From positions 36,127,321-36,179,819 of the forward strand of contig NC_057720.1 of NCBI RefSeq assembly GCF_004010195.1: a DNA stretch of 52,499 bases. Direction: 5' to 3'. The first letter of the stretch is position 1, and each line of letters opens with the position of its first letter. The notes beneath the pieces are model-generated. The model saw nothing but the letters and a program-made list of their open reading frames with translations. It did no database searches and was not told where the DNA came from. Shown here piece by piece: positions 38,101 to 50,329 of this stretch. This DNA comes from Chiloscyllium plagiosum. Its lineage: Eukaryota. The translations under genes were made by a program, and so were the position numbers.

Positions 38101-39097
38101 AGTGGGGGGAGGGGGGATTCATCCATGGTCTGGTCTGGAGCACCTCAACTTTAAGGAGTAGCTGTGAATGACCACACTGGGCATGGTTACCTCATATATG
38201 CCATAATCTGAGTGGGAAAGGTGAGTAGGTGCAGATAAAAGTAAATAGCTTAGTTGGGACTCTGGGATTTATAGGAACGGCTATCAAGAACAGGATTTGG
38301 ATGTTCGGGGGTTCACAGACATATCCAGATGGAGGCAGCAGTGTACCTTCCATCATGCTGGAAATTGGAAACATCCAGCGGGGAGAAGAATGGCTATGAC
38401 TCACAGTTAGAGTGGGCAGGGTATGTTACTCAACCTGTGAAAGAAGTGGCAGCAGCACCTGCCAATAATTGGAGTTTTAAAGGGAAAAGCCATAGCACAC
38501 AGACCCATGTACTGTACAGGACACAGGCCTGTGGTTCTCTACTCCCTGCCCCCCCTTTACTTGCATCTCTTCTACAGACATTGCTGAATAACTCACTGAC
38601 AGCTACATTGTTTGTCACAGAAACCAAGAAAAAAATGGTTGTATGAGGAGGGTCAGCATCACTCAGACCTCCACCCATTGAACTTCATCTGCTGCCATCA
38701 AATGATGCCTATTGCTGTCACCAAGCCCTTCAGACCTACATCAAGAGACTAAAAATCATATGTAAATTAAGGCAGTGAAATTTAGGCAGACGGGGCAAAT
38801 CAATTACAATCATTTTCACTCATGCCACCAAAGTAATTAGTCTCCTTTCTCCTCTCATTGCTACTGTCTCTTTACAGCTGGTGAAAAAGAGGGCTGCCTC
38901 TTCCAAGAGGACAGTTTTACAGCTGGACCAGTCAGGCATGTCAAGGGTCTTCTTGCCAAAGGTACTCACCCTCAGAGATTGAGGAGGGAGTTTCTGAGGA
39001 AGCCTGGCAGGCACAAGATGGAGAAGGCATCACAGCCAGTGGCTAGAATAAATGAGACTGACAGTGGGCTCAGTGTGATACGCAGTGGAATGAAGTG

Positions 39098-39994
39098 TGG
39101 AGGTATAGTGGACAACGAAGAAGGTTACCTCAGATTACAACGGGATCTTGATCAGATGGGTCAATGGGCTTAGCAGTGGCAGATAGACTTTAATTTAGAT
39201 AAATGTGAGGTGTAGCATTTTAGGAAAGCAAATCTTAGCAAGACTTATACAGTTAGTGGTAAGGTCTTGGGCGTGTTGCTGAACAAAGAGACCTTCGAGT
39301 GCAGGTTCATAACTCCTTGAAAGTGGAGTCGCAGTTAGATAGGATAGTGAAGAAGGCGTTTGGTATGCTTTCCTTTATTGGTCACAGTATTGAGTACAGG
39401 AGTTGGGAGGTCATGTTGCAGCTGTACAGGACATTGGTTAGGCCACTATTGGAATATTGCTTGCAATTCTGGTCTCCTTCCTAATGGAAAGCTGTTGTGA
39501 AATTTGAAAGGATTCAGAAAAGATTGACAAGAATGTTGCCAGAGTTGGAGGATTTTAGCTCAAGGGAGAGGTTGAATAGGTTAGGGCTGTTTTTCCTGGA
39601 GCATCGGAGGCTGAGTGACCTTATAGAGGTTTATAAAATCATGAGGGGCATCGATAGGATAAATAGACAAAGTATTTTCCCTGGGGTGGGGGAGTCCAGA
39701 ACTAGAGGGCATAGGTTTAGGGTGAGAGGGGAAAGATATAAAAGAGACCTAAGACGCAACGTTATCACTCAGAGGGCTGTACGTGTATGGAATCAGCTGC
39801 CAGAGGAAGTGATGGAGGCTAGTCCAATTGCAAGATTTAAAAGGCATCTGGATGGATATATGAATAGGAAGGGTTTGGAGGAATATGGGCCAGGTGTTGG
39901 CAGGTGGGACTAGATGTGGTTGGGATATCTGGTCAGCATGGACGAGTTGGACCAAAGGGTCTGTTTCCGTGCTGTATATCTCTATCACTCTATG
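39098..39994 (+). mobile_element. Young CR1/HER1-type LINE 3' fragment
   Basis: GGIVDNEEGYLRLQRDLDQMGQWA..LYRTLVRPLLEYC..GPGVGRWD* plus tail; closely similar to 23520-24400. Confidence 0.95.
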
Positions 39995-40404
39995 GTACTT
40001 ATTCAGATGATGGGACATGTATCTGTATCCCTGGAGGAGTGATCCTACTCTTCGCCTCCAAAGGCAAGGAATCTCTCCTCCTAGATGGTGAGGGGCCAAA
40101 TGTTGAATATCCCCCTTTCACTCCTGCAAGTCTGTGTCTCTCCTGTAATGAGAGAAAAGGAAGAATTAAGTGAAATGAAAAAAAGATAACAAAACTGTTG
40201 GTCCTAGTGCAGATTGTTGAATGTACTAAGTGTTCTAAGGAAGTGAGGTGGCAGTGCAGATACTAAACAAGTTTAATAATTTGGGAGGCTGAAGTGGGAG
40301 AGAGTGTGTGAGGGAGGATGTTGCAGGCAATACTGAGAGTGGTGGAGCAAGGTTCTTGGTAAGAGGTATGTGTCATAGCAGAGATAGGATGAATATGAGG
40401 TGGC

Positions 40405-40635
40405 AGAGAACAGTATGATGCTTATCCTGCCACAACAGAAGAGGTCATTGACCTTCATATTCCACTGCTGGCTATTCCTCCAGACTTTGGATATGGCACT
40501 TACCTGAGTGGTGACCTCGGGCTAGGCTGCCAGAGTCTGCTGGTGTAACCTTCTCTGCCTGTCGTCCAGGAAAGGTCACTTTGCATCACCTCCTTGACCA
40601 AGACCTCCAATTCTCTGTCAGAGAATCGCTTGCCC
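40405..40635 (-). pseudogene. Harbinger Myb/SANT-like DNA-binding ORF relic
   Basis: Manual translation: KRFSDRELEVLVKEVMQ (frameshift) DDRQRRLHQQTLAA*PEVTTQVSAISKVWRNSQQWNMKVNDL, matching the RFSxxELExL..AWxEV..VSA..R..QCxKKxNDL pattern. Confidence 0.7.
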
Positions 40636-41129
40636 CTTGTTTAACATCTTCCAGAAACATCCTTGAGCAAGCAGAATAGCTTTGGAATGCCAGTACCTGT
40701 TCAGATGCAGAGCAGTCTTTCAAAGATGGCACATGCACAAGCGGTGTCAGTCTTTCAGTGGATAGTCAGGTAATGGTGAGTTGTTCTGGGAATGGGTGCA
40801 TCATCAGATAGGGCTGGAATTGACACCACAGGTCAGAATTAATGGTTAATGCAAGACAGTTGGTAAGATACAGCACAAAAACCCGTGAAGCCTCGCCATG
40901 CAAAACCTTCCAAAAAAATGCAACACAGATTTAGCCAAATAAATGTACACAATTCAGCTCATGAATTCTTTTTTTCTTTTCACTGATGCTTCCTGACCCA
41001 CTGAGTGTTTCCAGAATTTTATGGAAACTTCAGCTTTATTTTGTATGAATAATTTGAAAACCAAAGACTATTATTCCTACACAAGTAATGTACTTATGCA
41101 AAAATTAATCCTTGCTCTTAAACCTTTTC

Positions 41130-41420
41130 CTTTTGCCCCTGTGCCCGCTCCAATTCTAGCCTCCTGACCATTTACTTACTCCCTACTGGGCACATTGACA
41201 ATGCCATCAACTACCAAGGCCACAACTTTCAGAACTCCCTCCATAAACCTTTCCGTGTGGCTATTTTTTATTATTTAAGACACCCTTCAAAGTCTATCTT
41301 TGGCCAAACTGTCAATTGCCAATTGTCCTTAAGTGGATTGATGTCAAAGTTTGTTGATAGCATTGGTATGAAGTGGCTTGAAACATTTCACTGTGTTACG
41401 GATGTTTTATAAACTCAGGT
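41130..41420 (+). mobile_element. L2-type LINE 3' end, degraded
   Basis: ..gaactccctccataaacctttccg..tgaagtggcttgaaacatttcactgtgttacggatgttttataaa resembles L2-type termini. Confidence 0.5.
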
Positions 41421-42159
41421 TTTTTCAAACCTGCAATAAAATTATGTAGTTTACATCAAAATGTAGCATTTATTCAAATGCTTAAATATTATCACAATTC
41501 AAATAATATCTAGCTGCTTGAACATTTTCCCCTTTGCAAAAAGCACTGGCTTGCCAAGCATTTTTGTTCATACAAACAATCCTTTAAAGTAACGTGAGCA
41601 TAGAAATCACTGCTGGGGATGCTTTATATAAATACTGAATGAACTCATGTCAAATTCCTGGTTTAATGGAGACATTAACCTCGAAATGTTTTAATGCCTC
41701 AAATAAAATAACAGAAAGTTTGGTACATGTGCATTCAGTCTCTGCACAACACTTACAGTAATGTCTATCCTTTGATGTTTGTTTCTGATCTTTGTATGCC
41801 CTTTTTTTATCATTGGCAATCAATGTTTTTATCTGCTTTGTTAATGAGAAAAATCCTCTGCTGTTTTGCTAGTTAGAGAGCAGAGGCCAGGTGTTTCCCC
41901 ACAAGGGCAAATGGAAAATTGAAAGACAAATGTTCTCAAACTGTTGATTGTTTTGCAACAGATCAGCTTGAGTTATATGGATAGAGGTCTTGAAAAAAAA
42001 GTCATCTGCCTCTGCTCTTAGTCAGGAAACTGTTTGTGCTGTGAACATATAAATTGAAAGACCAGGGAAAATGAAAATTTGAGTCAAAATTAGAATAAGT
42101 TTGAACAATTTAAATGATTCTGAAGTAATAATGTATTCTAATCAGGTCAAGTGTGGGGA

Positions 42160-42905
42160 TATTGTGACTGTTGAAGTCAGTCATCTTGGATCCAGGACAT
42201 CACTGCAGGATTCCTCAGGATATTTTCCTATGTGCAACCAATCAATGACCTTCCCTCTATCATCAAAAGTGGGAATGTTTGCTGATGACTGCACAATTTT
42301 CAGTACCACTCATGATTCCTCAGATACTGAAGCAGTCCATCGTCAACTGCAGAAGGGCTTGGTCAAGCTTCAAATAACATTTGCCAGACAATGACCATCT
42401 CTAATAGGAGAGAATCTAACTATTACAACTTGATATTCAATTACATCAATATCCTATGGGATATCATTGAACAGAAACTGAACTGCTTACGCCATATAAA
42501 TACAGTGGCTACAAGAACAAGCCTGGGAATCTTGCAGAAAATAATACACATCCTTATTCCCAAAGGCCTGTCCACCATCTACAAGGCACACATCTGGGGT
42601 GTGATTGAATACCTGATTAGATTAATGCAATTCTAACAACACTGAAGAAGTTTGACACCATTCAGGTCATAGCAGCCCATGTAATTGGCACGTCCACAAA
42701 CATTCACTTGCTCCATCATCAATGTTCAGTAGCAGCAGTGCGTACCATCTACAAGATGCAGTGTAGAAATTCAACAAAGCTCCTGAGATAGCACCTTGCA
42801 AATCCGTGATCATCTAGGGGAATAAAGGGAGTAGACACATGGAACATCATTACCTGCAAGTTGCCCTCCAAGACATTCACCATCCTGACTTGGAAATATA
42901 TCACC
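42160..42905 (+). mobile_element. CR1/L2-group LINE RT fragment (family of 47899-49310)
   Basis: SKVGMFADDCTIFSTTHDSSDTEAVH..MTISNRRESN..QKLNCLRHINTVATR..LSTIYKAH. Confidence 0.85.
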
Positions 42906-43150
42906 ATCAAAAATCTATCTATCTCAGCCTTAAATATACACAAAGACTCTGCCCCCACAGCTCTCTGCAGCAGAGAACGATCTGCAGAAATTCAGCAAGG
43001 CTCACAACCCTCTAAGAGAATAAATTCCTCCTTGTCTCAGTCTTAAATTGGGGTCCCTTAATTGTGAAATCATGTCCTCGATTTTTTAATGAGGAGAAAC
43101 ATCCTGTCAGCATTTACTTTGTCAAGCCCTGAAGAATCCTATATGTCTCA
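42906..43150 (-). mobile_element. CR1 3' coding fragment
   Basis: Minus ORF begins GAESLCIFKAEIDRFL, a CR1 C-terminal motif. Confidence 0.7.
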
Positions 43151-43159
43151 ATGTGCCAC

Positions 43160-44060
43160 TTGCCAGATTCTTTCTGCCCCGTTTAACATCCAAAGCCAGT
43201 TCTTCAACAGTTGATGGTGCAAGAAATTATTCTCCAAGATCATCTTCATTGACGAAAAGTCAGCAGGTTTTCACCAGCCATACTGGAGCATTGCTACAGC
43301 GACATTGAATAGCCAAGTGCACATAGAAGGCAGACACTAAGAAATGGACAATGTTGGCTAATTGACTTTTGGATGTCTTGATTGATAAAGTTGGATTGCA
43401 ACATTTGTTTTATAATAGTTTTTACTTCATGATAATGGCGATGGTCAACAACAGAGGGAAGGTCAAGGTGGAACTGTTTTTGAATGGGACATTAATGTTG
43501 GGTTCACTGGTACCACAGTGCAGCTGGCAACAGATGTGCTGATTTCCTCCTCTCCCTCACTAACTCCCACCACTGCCTTGTCTTCAGCTATTTGCCATAT
43601 ACCTAGTACCAAAAGCTGTGCATTTTTGAGAATAACAAGGGATTAGACAGAGGGGCGATGACAGTAAAAGCATTGCTTATGCATTGCAATAGTCTTGATA
43701 ATATTTTTCTATGGCAGCAGGACTCTTGCTATATGCATGGTGCCCCATGTGTATATAGGTTATTTATTGGAAACATGAACCAAGTGGTTAAAACATGACC
43801 TTTGTTGGATGGTGGAGACCCTTTGGTTCCTTGTGATGACTCAAATGCTGAAAATACAGTGGACTGACACAGAATGAATGGATCATAATTGCTATCTGAA
43901 TACTAAGTGTTGACCTGCATGATCTGCTCTGTACAGTTGTAAAGTTTCTGGACTCAGAAAAATTGGAACAGTTTTCCGTTGAGGTACATGGTGGAATTCA
44001 CAAAGTGAAGAGTGTGCAGTTGATGGCTTCCTGCAACATGAAAAAGCCTACAATCCTGGT
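43160..44060 (-). mobile_element. Possible very old LINE relic (Vingi/RTE-like)
   Basis: Only short suggestive peptides, e.g. FLAPSTVEELALDVKRG resembling the pre-RT PFTxEEL motif, and NVPFK. Confidence 0.25.
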
Positions 44061-44140
44061 CAGAACACCTTCTCTTTTGATAAAATGGAAAAAAATTACC
44101 CTTGCTTTGTTTACAGAGTGTTAGTAAATGTCATTTACTC

Positions 44141-44303
44141 AAAGTTGAAAATCACACAACACCAGGTCATTGTGACAACTGCCTGATGAAGGAGCAGCGC
44201 TCTGAAAGTTAGTGCTTCCAATTAAACCTGTTGGACTATAACGTGGTGTTGTGTGATTTTTAACTTTGTACACCCCAGTCCAACACCGGCATCTCCAAAT
44301 CAT
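44141..44303 (+). mobile_element. PLE-derived short element with a hammerhead-like core and a short inverted arm
   Basis: CTGATGA-A-GGAGC-AGC-GCTCT-GAAAGTTA at 44183-44211. aaagttgaaaatcacacaacacca (44141-44164) is inverted at 44244-44267. Same family as 19878-20402. Confidence 0.8.
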
Positions 44304-45369
44304 GACAATCATCGATACAATACTAGTATGTGAATTGTGAGAGGTTGAAGATATCGCTTGCTGTGGTATGGAAGGAGCCTGATACAGTAAACTTTGTGGC
44401 TGCAATCACCTTTATGGCTCCTGACAATACTGTTCTCACCGTGCTGTTTAGTAAAATAGAGATGTTACACACATGGCTCCTAAGGTTGAGATCAGAGATT
44501 TGATCCTTGAAGACCTTGAGTGGGCAAGGTGTCTAGTAAGAGCCCTTTTTTCCACCATCTTAGTTCTCTTCATGAAGGTTTAGTCTGTCTGTGTGGCAAT
44601 AGATATACATTCTAAATTCATTTCTAAATTCTTCAAACAGCTTATTTTGGTCTCCCATTTAATCATTGAACGTCACAGCCTGGCTAACTGCAGAGGTCTG
44701 CTACTTGCAATCTTTTGTATAAATTTAAAACTGTACGTAACTCAATTCTTAAGATCTTAATATTATTTTATCTGATTTCACTTGAACTGATAAATAGGAA
44801 ACTGCATGATTGGGTGTGCATGTACGTGAAGATATATGTATTTAACAGCTTTGTTTTCTGGTTTATAATCAGCTACCTTGAGTCAAGGTTTTGGCTTATA
44901 ATGGGAAGATAATCATCTATGCTTGTGGCTTAAAGCTAATGATTTGTAGGTTAAAAGCAAACAGTGAAACATCCAGAAAAACATGCATTGTACACTTTAC
45001 TAATAACAAATCTTTAAAGCAAAAGTTTGCTATACATTCAGTATTCAAGTTGCTTGAAATTCATTTGATTTGAAGCACCTATGGTATTTGTGTAATTCTT
45101 GTTATAACCTTGGAGAACAATCCAGTGGCTTCAATTGATCATTATTGTTTCTTTGTTGAGATACGTGAAGAACGACAATGAGTGCACAGACTGTGAAATA
45201 ATCAAAACTTGTGTCAATGAGGGAGATTCCAACATTTATAACAGCGACAATTGAACATAAGTTGTTTTGTTTTGTAAGCTATTTATTTTCCTTGTCTTAT
45301 TTTGCAAGGTATTTATTTCCTTTCTGTGATTTTCCAGCACCACAAAATTGCAATTCCCTCTTTGAAGAA

Positions 45370-47010
45370 AGAATTTGTTCTCGGGATGTTCCAAAATACC
45401 TCACTATAAAAGAATTATTTCTGAAGCGCAGTCAATATTCTGAAATAAACAGAGGTAGTATCCAGTTTGCCCACAGCAAAGTCCCATAAAAAGTGTATTG
45501 AGAAACAAATAGTGTCATAGAATCATAGAGATGTACAGAACAGAAACAGACCCTTCGGTGGAACCCGTCCATGCCGACCAGATATCCTAACCCAATCTAG
45601 TCCCACCTGTCAGCACCTGGCCCATATCCTTCCAAACTCTTCCTAATCATATACCCATCCAAATGCCTTTTAAAAGGTGCAATTGTACCAGCCTCCACCA
45701 CTTCCTCTGGCAGCTCATTCCATACATGTACCACCCTCTGCGTGAAGAAGTTGCCCCTTACGTCTCTTTTATATCTTTCCCCTCTCACCCTAAACCTACG
45801 TCCTCTAGTTCTGGACTCCCCCATCCCACGGAAAAGACTTTGTCTATTTATCCTATCCATGCCCCTCAGGATTTTGTAAACCCCTCAGCCTCCGATGTTC
45901 CAGGGAAATAGCCCCAGCCTGTTCAGCCTCTCACTATAGCTCAAATCCTCCAACCCTGGCAACATCATTGTAAATCTTTTCTGAACCCTTTCAAGTCTCA
46001 CATCTTTCCGATAGGAAGGAGACCAGAATTGCACGCAATATTCCAACAGTGGCCTAACCAATGTCCGATACAGACACAACATGACCTCCCAAGTCCTGTA
46101 CTCAATACTCTGACCAATAAAGGAAAGCATACCAAATGCGTTCTTCACTATCCTGTCTACCTGCGACTCCACTTTCAAGGAGATATGAACCTGCACTCCA
46201 AGGTCTCTTTGTTCAGCAACACTCCCTAGGACCTTACCATTAAGTGTATAAGTCGTGCTAAGATTTGCTTTCCCAAAATACAGCACCTCGCATTTATCTG
46301 AATTAAATTCCATCTGCCACTTCTCAGCCCATTGGCCCATCTGATCAAGATCCCGTTGTAATCTGAGGTAACCTTCTTCACTGTCCACTACGCCTTCAAT
46401 TTTGGTGTCATCTGCAAACTTACTAACTACACCTCTGATGTCCACATCCAAATCATTTATATAAGTGACCAAAAGTAGTGGACCCAGCATCGATCTTTGT
46501 GGCACTCCACTGGTCACAGGCCTCCAGTCTGAAAAACAACCCTCCACCACCATCCTCTGTCTTCTACCTTTGAGCCAGTTCTGTTTCCAAATGGCTAGTT
46601 CCGTGAGATCTAACCTTGCTCACCAGTCTCCCATGGGAAACCTCGTTGAACGCCTTACTGAAGTCAATATAGATCACATCTACTGCTCTGACCTCATCAA
46701 TTCTCTTTGTTACTTCTTCAAAAAACTCAATCAAGTTTGAGACATGATTTCCCACGCACAAACTTGATAATCAATTTTAGTTATGTTGGCTAAGGGACAA
46801 ATCTTGAAACAAAATACCAACACAATTCTTTTGGACAGCTCTTTGAAATCCTTCTCTTAACATGTGGGCAGTGGCGCCTTGGTTTAATATCTAATCTGAA
46901 AGGTACCTCCTTAACAGTCCTGATTACTGCACTGTCATTCTAGATGATTTCATTGAAGATTGCCATGAAATTTAAAACCTATGTCCATTTGGCCCAAAGG
47001 CAAACTGAGC
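45370..47010 (-). mobile_element. Degraded DeuSINE-like SINE split by the CR1 at 45514-46762
   Basis: 45370-45510 and 46764-47010 parallel consecutive parts of 32232-32880. Confidence 0.45.
45514..46762 (-). mobile_element. Young CR1/HER1-type LINE, 5'-truncated
   Basis: 222-aa minus ORF SGVPQRSMLGPLL..YINDLD..KFADDTKI; upstream YIDFSKAF; tail at 45514. Confidence 0.95.
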
Positions 47011-47060
47011 CAATAGCCCATTCCTTGGCCACTCCTATCCAATGGCAATAGATCTGATTA

Positions 47061-47190
47061 AAGCAAAACACTGTGAATGCTGGAAATCAAAAATAAGAGC
47101 GAAAAGTGCTGAAGAAACTCAGTAGGTCTGCAGAATCTGTGAAGAGAGAAACAGAGTTAACATTTTAATGATTCTTCCTTGGAACTGGTA
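47061..47190 (-). mobile_element. PLE-tail-derived short element, degraded
   Basis: gaatgctggaaatc..gaaactcagtaggtctgcagaatctgtgaagagagaaacagagttaacattt parallels 47322-47395. Confidence 0.55.
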
Positions 47191-47321
47191 CATCTATACT
47201 ACATCTGAGATTGGTACTTGGTGCAAGGTATCATAAGCAGATCTATTGTAACATAAAGCAATTTATGTAATCTGCGATGCCTTGTTTTGTTCCCAGTCAG
47301 TGTGGTTATTCCTGTTTGTAA

Positions 47322-47483
47322 CAAAAGCAGAAATTGCAGGAAAGGCTCAGCTGGTCTGGCAGCATCTGTAGAGAGAAACCAGAGTTAACATTTCAGGTCC
47401 AGTGACCCTTCTTCAGATCTGCTGAGCTTTTCTGGCACTTTCTGTTTTTGTTTCTGATTTCCAGTACCTGCAATTTTTTTTTC
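47322..47483. mobile_element. PLE-derived short element with inverted arms and a hammerhead-like core
   Basis: Perfect 14-bp TSD attcctgtttgtaa (47308-47321, 47484-47497). Minus CTGAAGA-A-GGGTC-ACTG-GACCT-GAAATGTT at 47416-47387. Confidence 0.8.
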
Positions 47484-47898
47484 ATTCCTGTTTGTAATTT
47501 TAACATTATGTTATGCAATTAATTTTTTTATTGTTCTAATTAAGAAATGGGTACCCTGTGATTGCTATTATTTATTAAGGAATTTTGTTTTGATCAGTGA
47601 GTATAAAATCATCATAGTACAATCTCAGCAAATCAAGGTCATGTTGTGCCATGAGATAAAGTATAAGGTATTTGTTTTACTTATAGGAGTACAAGCTGGA
47701 ACATCTATTTCAAATTGGTTCAGGTGGGAAACTGTCCCAGTTTTGACCATGTGAGACCCGACAGGGTTTAATTCTAGGAACTGAGTGGGAAATGTTAAAA
47801 TTTCTCATTATGTTTGGATGCATGTAACTATGGCATGGAATGTAATGTTGTGGTCATTTTAGATTTGCAAAAGTGGCAGATAAAGATATGCCAATGTT

Positions 47899-49310
47899 TT
47901 AAAATTCATTTGTGGGATGTGAGCATTGCTGGCTCATCAGCATTTTTTGCCCCTCCCTCGTAGCCCTTGAGAAGGTGGTGGTGAGGTGTCTTCTTGAACT
48001 GGTACAGCCCACTTGGTGTGGGTTGATCCACAATACCATTAGGTCAGGAAATCCAGGTTTTTGACTCAGCAACAATGAAGGACTGCAATATATTTCCAAG
48101 TCAGAATGGTAAGTGGCTTGGACGGGACTTGAAAATGGTGGTGTTCCCATATATCTGCTACCCTATCCTTCTGGATGGAGGTGGTTGTGGGTTTGGAAGG
48201 TGCTATCTGAGGATCTTTAGTGAATTTCTGCAGTGCATCTTGGGTAAAGTGCACACTGCTGCTACTGAGCATCTGTGATGGAGGGGGTGGATGCTTGTGG
48301 ATGCAGTGCTAGTCAAGTAACCTGCTTTGTCCTGGATGGTGTCAAACTTCTGTTGGGGCTGCAGTCATTCAGGCAGGTTGTGAGTATTCCATCACACTCC
48401 TGATTTGTACCTTGTAGATGGTGGACAGACTTTGAGGAGTCAGGACATGCGTTACTTGCCGCAGTATTCCTAGCCTCTGACCTGCTCTTGTGGCCATTGT
48501 GTTCATGTGGTGAGTCCAGTTGAGTTTCTCGTCAATGATAGCCCCCAGAATGTTGATGATGGGAGATTCAGTGATGGTAACACTGTTGAATGCCAAGGGA
48601 CGGTCACTTATTGGTGATGGACATAGCCTGGTATTTGTGTCGCGTGCATGTTAATTGCCACTTGTAAGCCCAAGCCTGAATATTGTCCAGATCTTTTTGC
48701 ATCTGAACATTGACTGCTTCACTATCTGAGGAGTTGCAAATGGTGCTGAACATTGTGCACTCATCGGCAAACATTCCAACTTCTGACCTTATGATGGAGA
48801 GAAGGTTATTGATGAAGCAGCTGAAGATGGTTGGGCAAAGGATACTATCCTGAGGTAGTGTTTGCAGAGATGTCCTGGAGCTGAGATGACTGATCTCCAA
48901 CTACATGACCACCTTCCTTTGTGTCAGATATGACACCATCCACTGGAGAGTTTTCCCCCTGATACCCACTGATTCCAGTTTTGCCAGGGCTTCTTGATGC
49001 CACACGGTCGAATGCAGCCTTGATGTTGAGGCCTGTCACACTCACCTCACGTCTGGAATTCAGCTCTTTTGTCCATGTTTGGACCAAGACTGTAATGAGG
49101 TCAGGAGCTGAGTGGCTCTAACAGAACTCAAACTAGACATCACTGCGTTATTGCTGAGCAGATGCTGCTTGATAGCACTGTTGATGGTATCTTCCATCAC
49201 TTTACTGATGATCGAGAGTAGACTGATGGGGCGGTAATTGACCAGATTGAACTTATCCTGCTTTTTATGTCCAGGACATACCTGGGCAATTTTTGACATT
49301 GTCAGTAAAT
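47899..49310 (-). mobile_element. CR1/L2-group LINE (third lineage), 5'-truncated, RT plus 3' end
   Basis: Minus ORFs NYRPISLLSIISKVME, NIKAAFDRV, PQDSILCPTIFSCFINNL..VGMFADEC and LGAIIDEKLNWTHH..LSTIYKVQIRSVMEYS. Confidence 0.92.
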
Positions 49311-49489
49311 GTTGCAATATTGATGGCAATCTGCTTCTTTATCAAAATGTAGTTTGATATTTGATCTTTGAAAACTTCAAAGATAATCCACTGACAAAGC
49401 GTGTAAGATTTCAAGGTACTGTCTCTGAGACAAGACTTTGTTTCACAGCTAGACTTCCCCACAGAGTAAGTTCCCAAACTACTGGAGTT

Positions 49490-49985
49490 TGAGTTATTTA
49501 TTTGTTAATGGCACTTGGGTTTTGCTGGCTACACAAGCGTTTATTGTCCATCTTGGGAAGTTTGTAGTTAGCATTAACATGAACTGCTGCAGTCCATGTC
49601 ATGCAAGTAACCCCACAGGGAAGTCAGTAAGGGAATTCCAAGATTGTGATCGAGCAATAGCAAAGAACTGGTGATCTTCTAGCTCCAAGTTGGGAAATTT
49701 GTAGCATGGATGGGACTGTGCAGATGGTGGTGTCGCAATATATTTGATGCCTTTTCCTTTAGGTGATGCAGATCATATGTTTGAAAGGTACTGTTGAAGA
49801 AGCCTTGCTGAGTTGCCTCATTGCATGTTATAGATGGTACACACTGCTGCCACTGGTATCAAAGTTAGAAGTGATGAATGTCTAACGGAGCGGATATGAT
49901 GCCTATCAAGCAAGTTGCTTTGACCTGGTTGGAGTCAAGTTTCTTGAATGTTGTTGGAGCTGCACTCATTCAAGCAAATGCACAA
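49490..49985 (-). mobile_element. Older 3' fragment of the same LINE family
   Basis: Colinear degenerate similarity to 47899-48380. Confidence 0.7.
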
Positions 49986-50329
49986 GAGATTAGTGAGCAG
50001 AAATGATACACCTTGCCTCAGAGGGTGGAGATGTGATATGTAAATCCACTAGCTGCTTTTATCTTTCTCCTGGTATCTAATAACCAGCATAGAGAATGGC
50101 CTGAATGTTGCTCATATGCTTAGTTGGCAGATGGATTTCATTGTGATGAAGCTAAAGAAAGTTAGTGTTAAGAATTTGATTATTTTCAATACTGATAAAT
50201 GAACTTTTCACAGGCTAGTACAATTTTGATCTCCAAATTAACAATATAATCCTTTCACAGTTCAAACTTTAATCTCGCTTATATCCCGACGTGGAGCTTG
50301 TCAATCTTCACAGGGTTTTCCTTGAAACA

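Larger units (their letters stand above)
37539..40924. mobile_element. Degraded PIF/Harbinger-type DNA transposon, interrupted by CR1
   Basis: GC-richer block with imperfect TIRs (gacagaattttgagaaagg / ccttccaaaaaaatgcaac) and a Myb/SANT ORF relic at 40405-40635. Confidence 0.55.
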
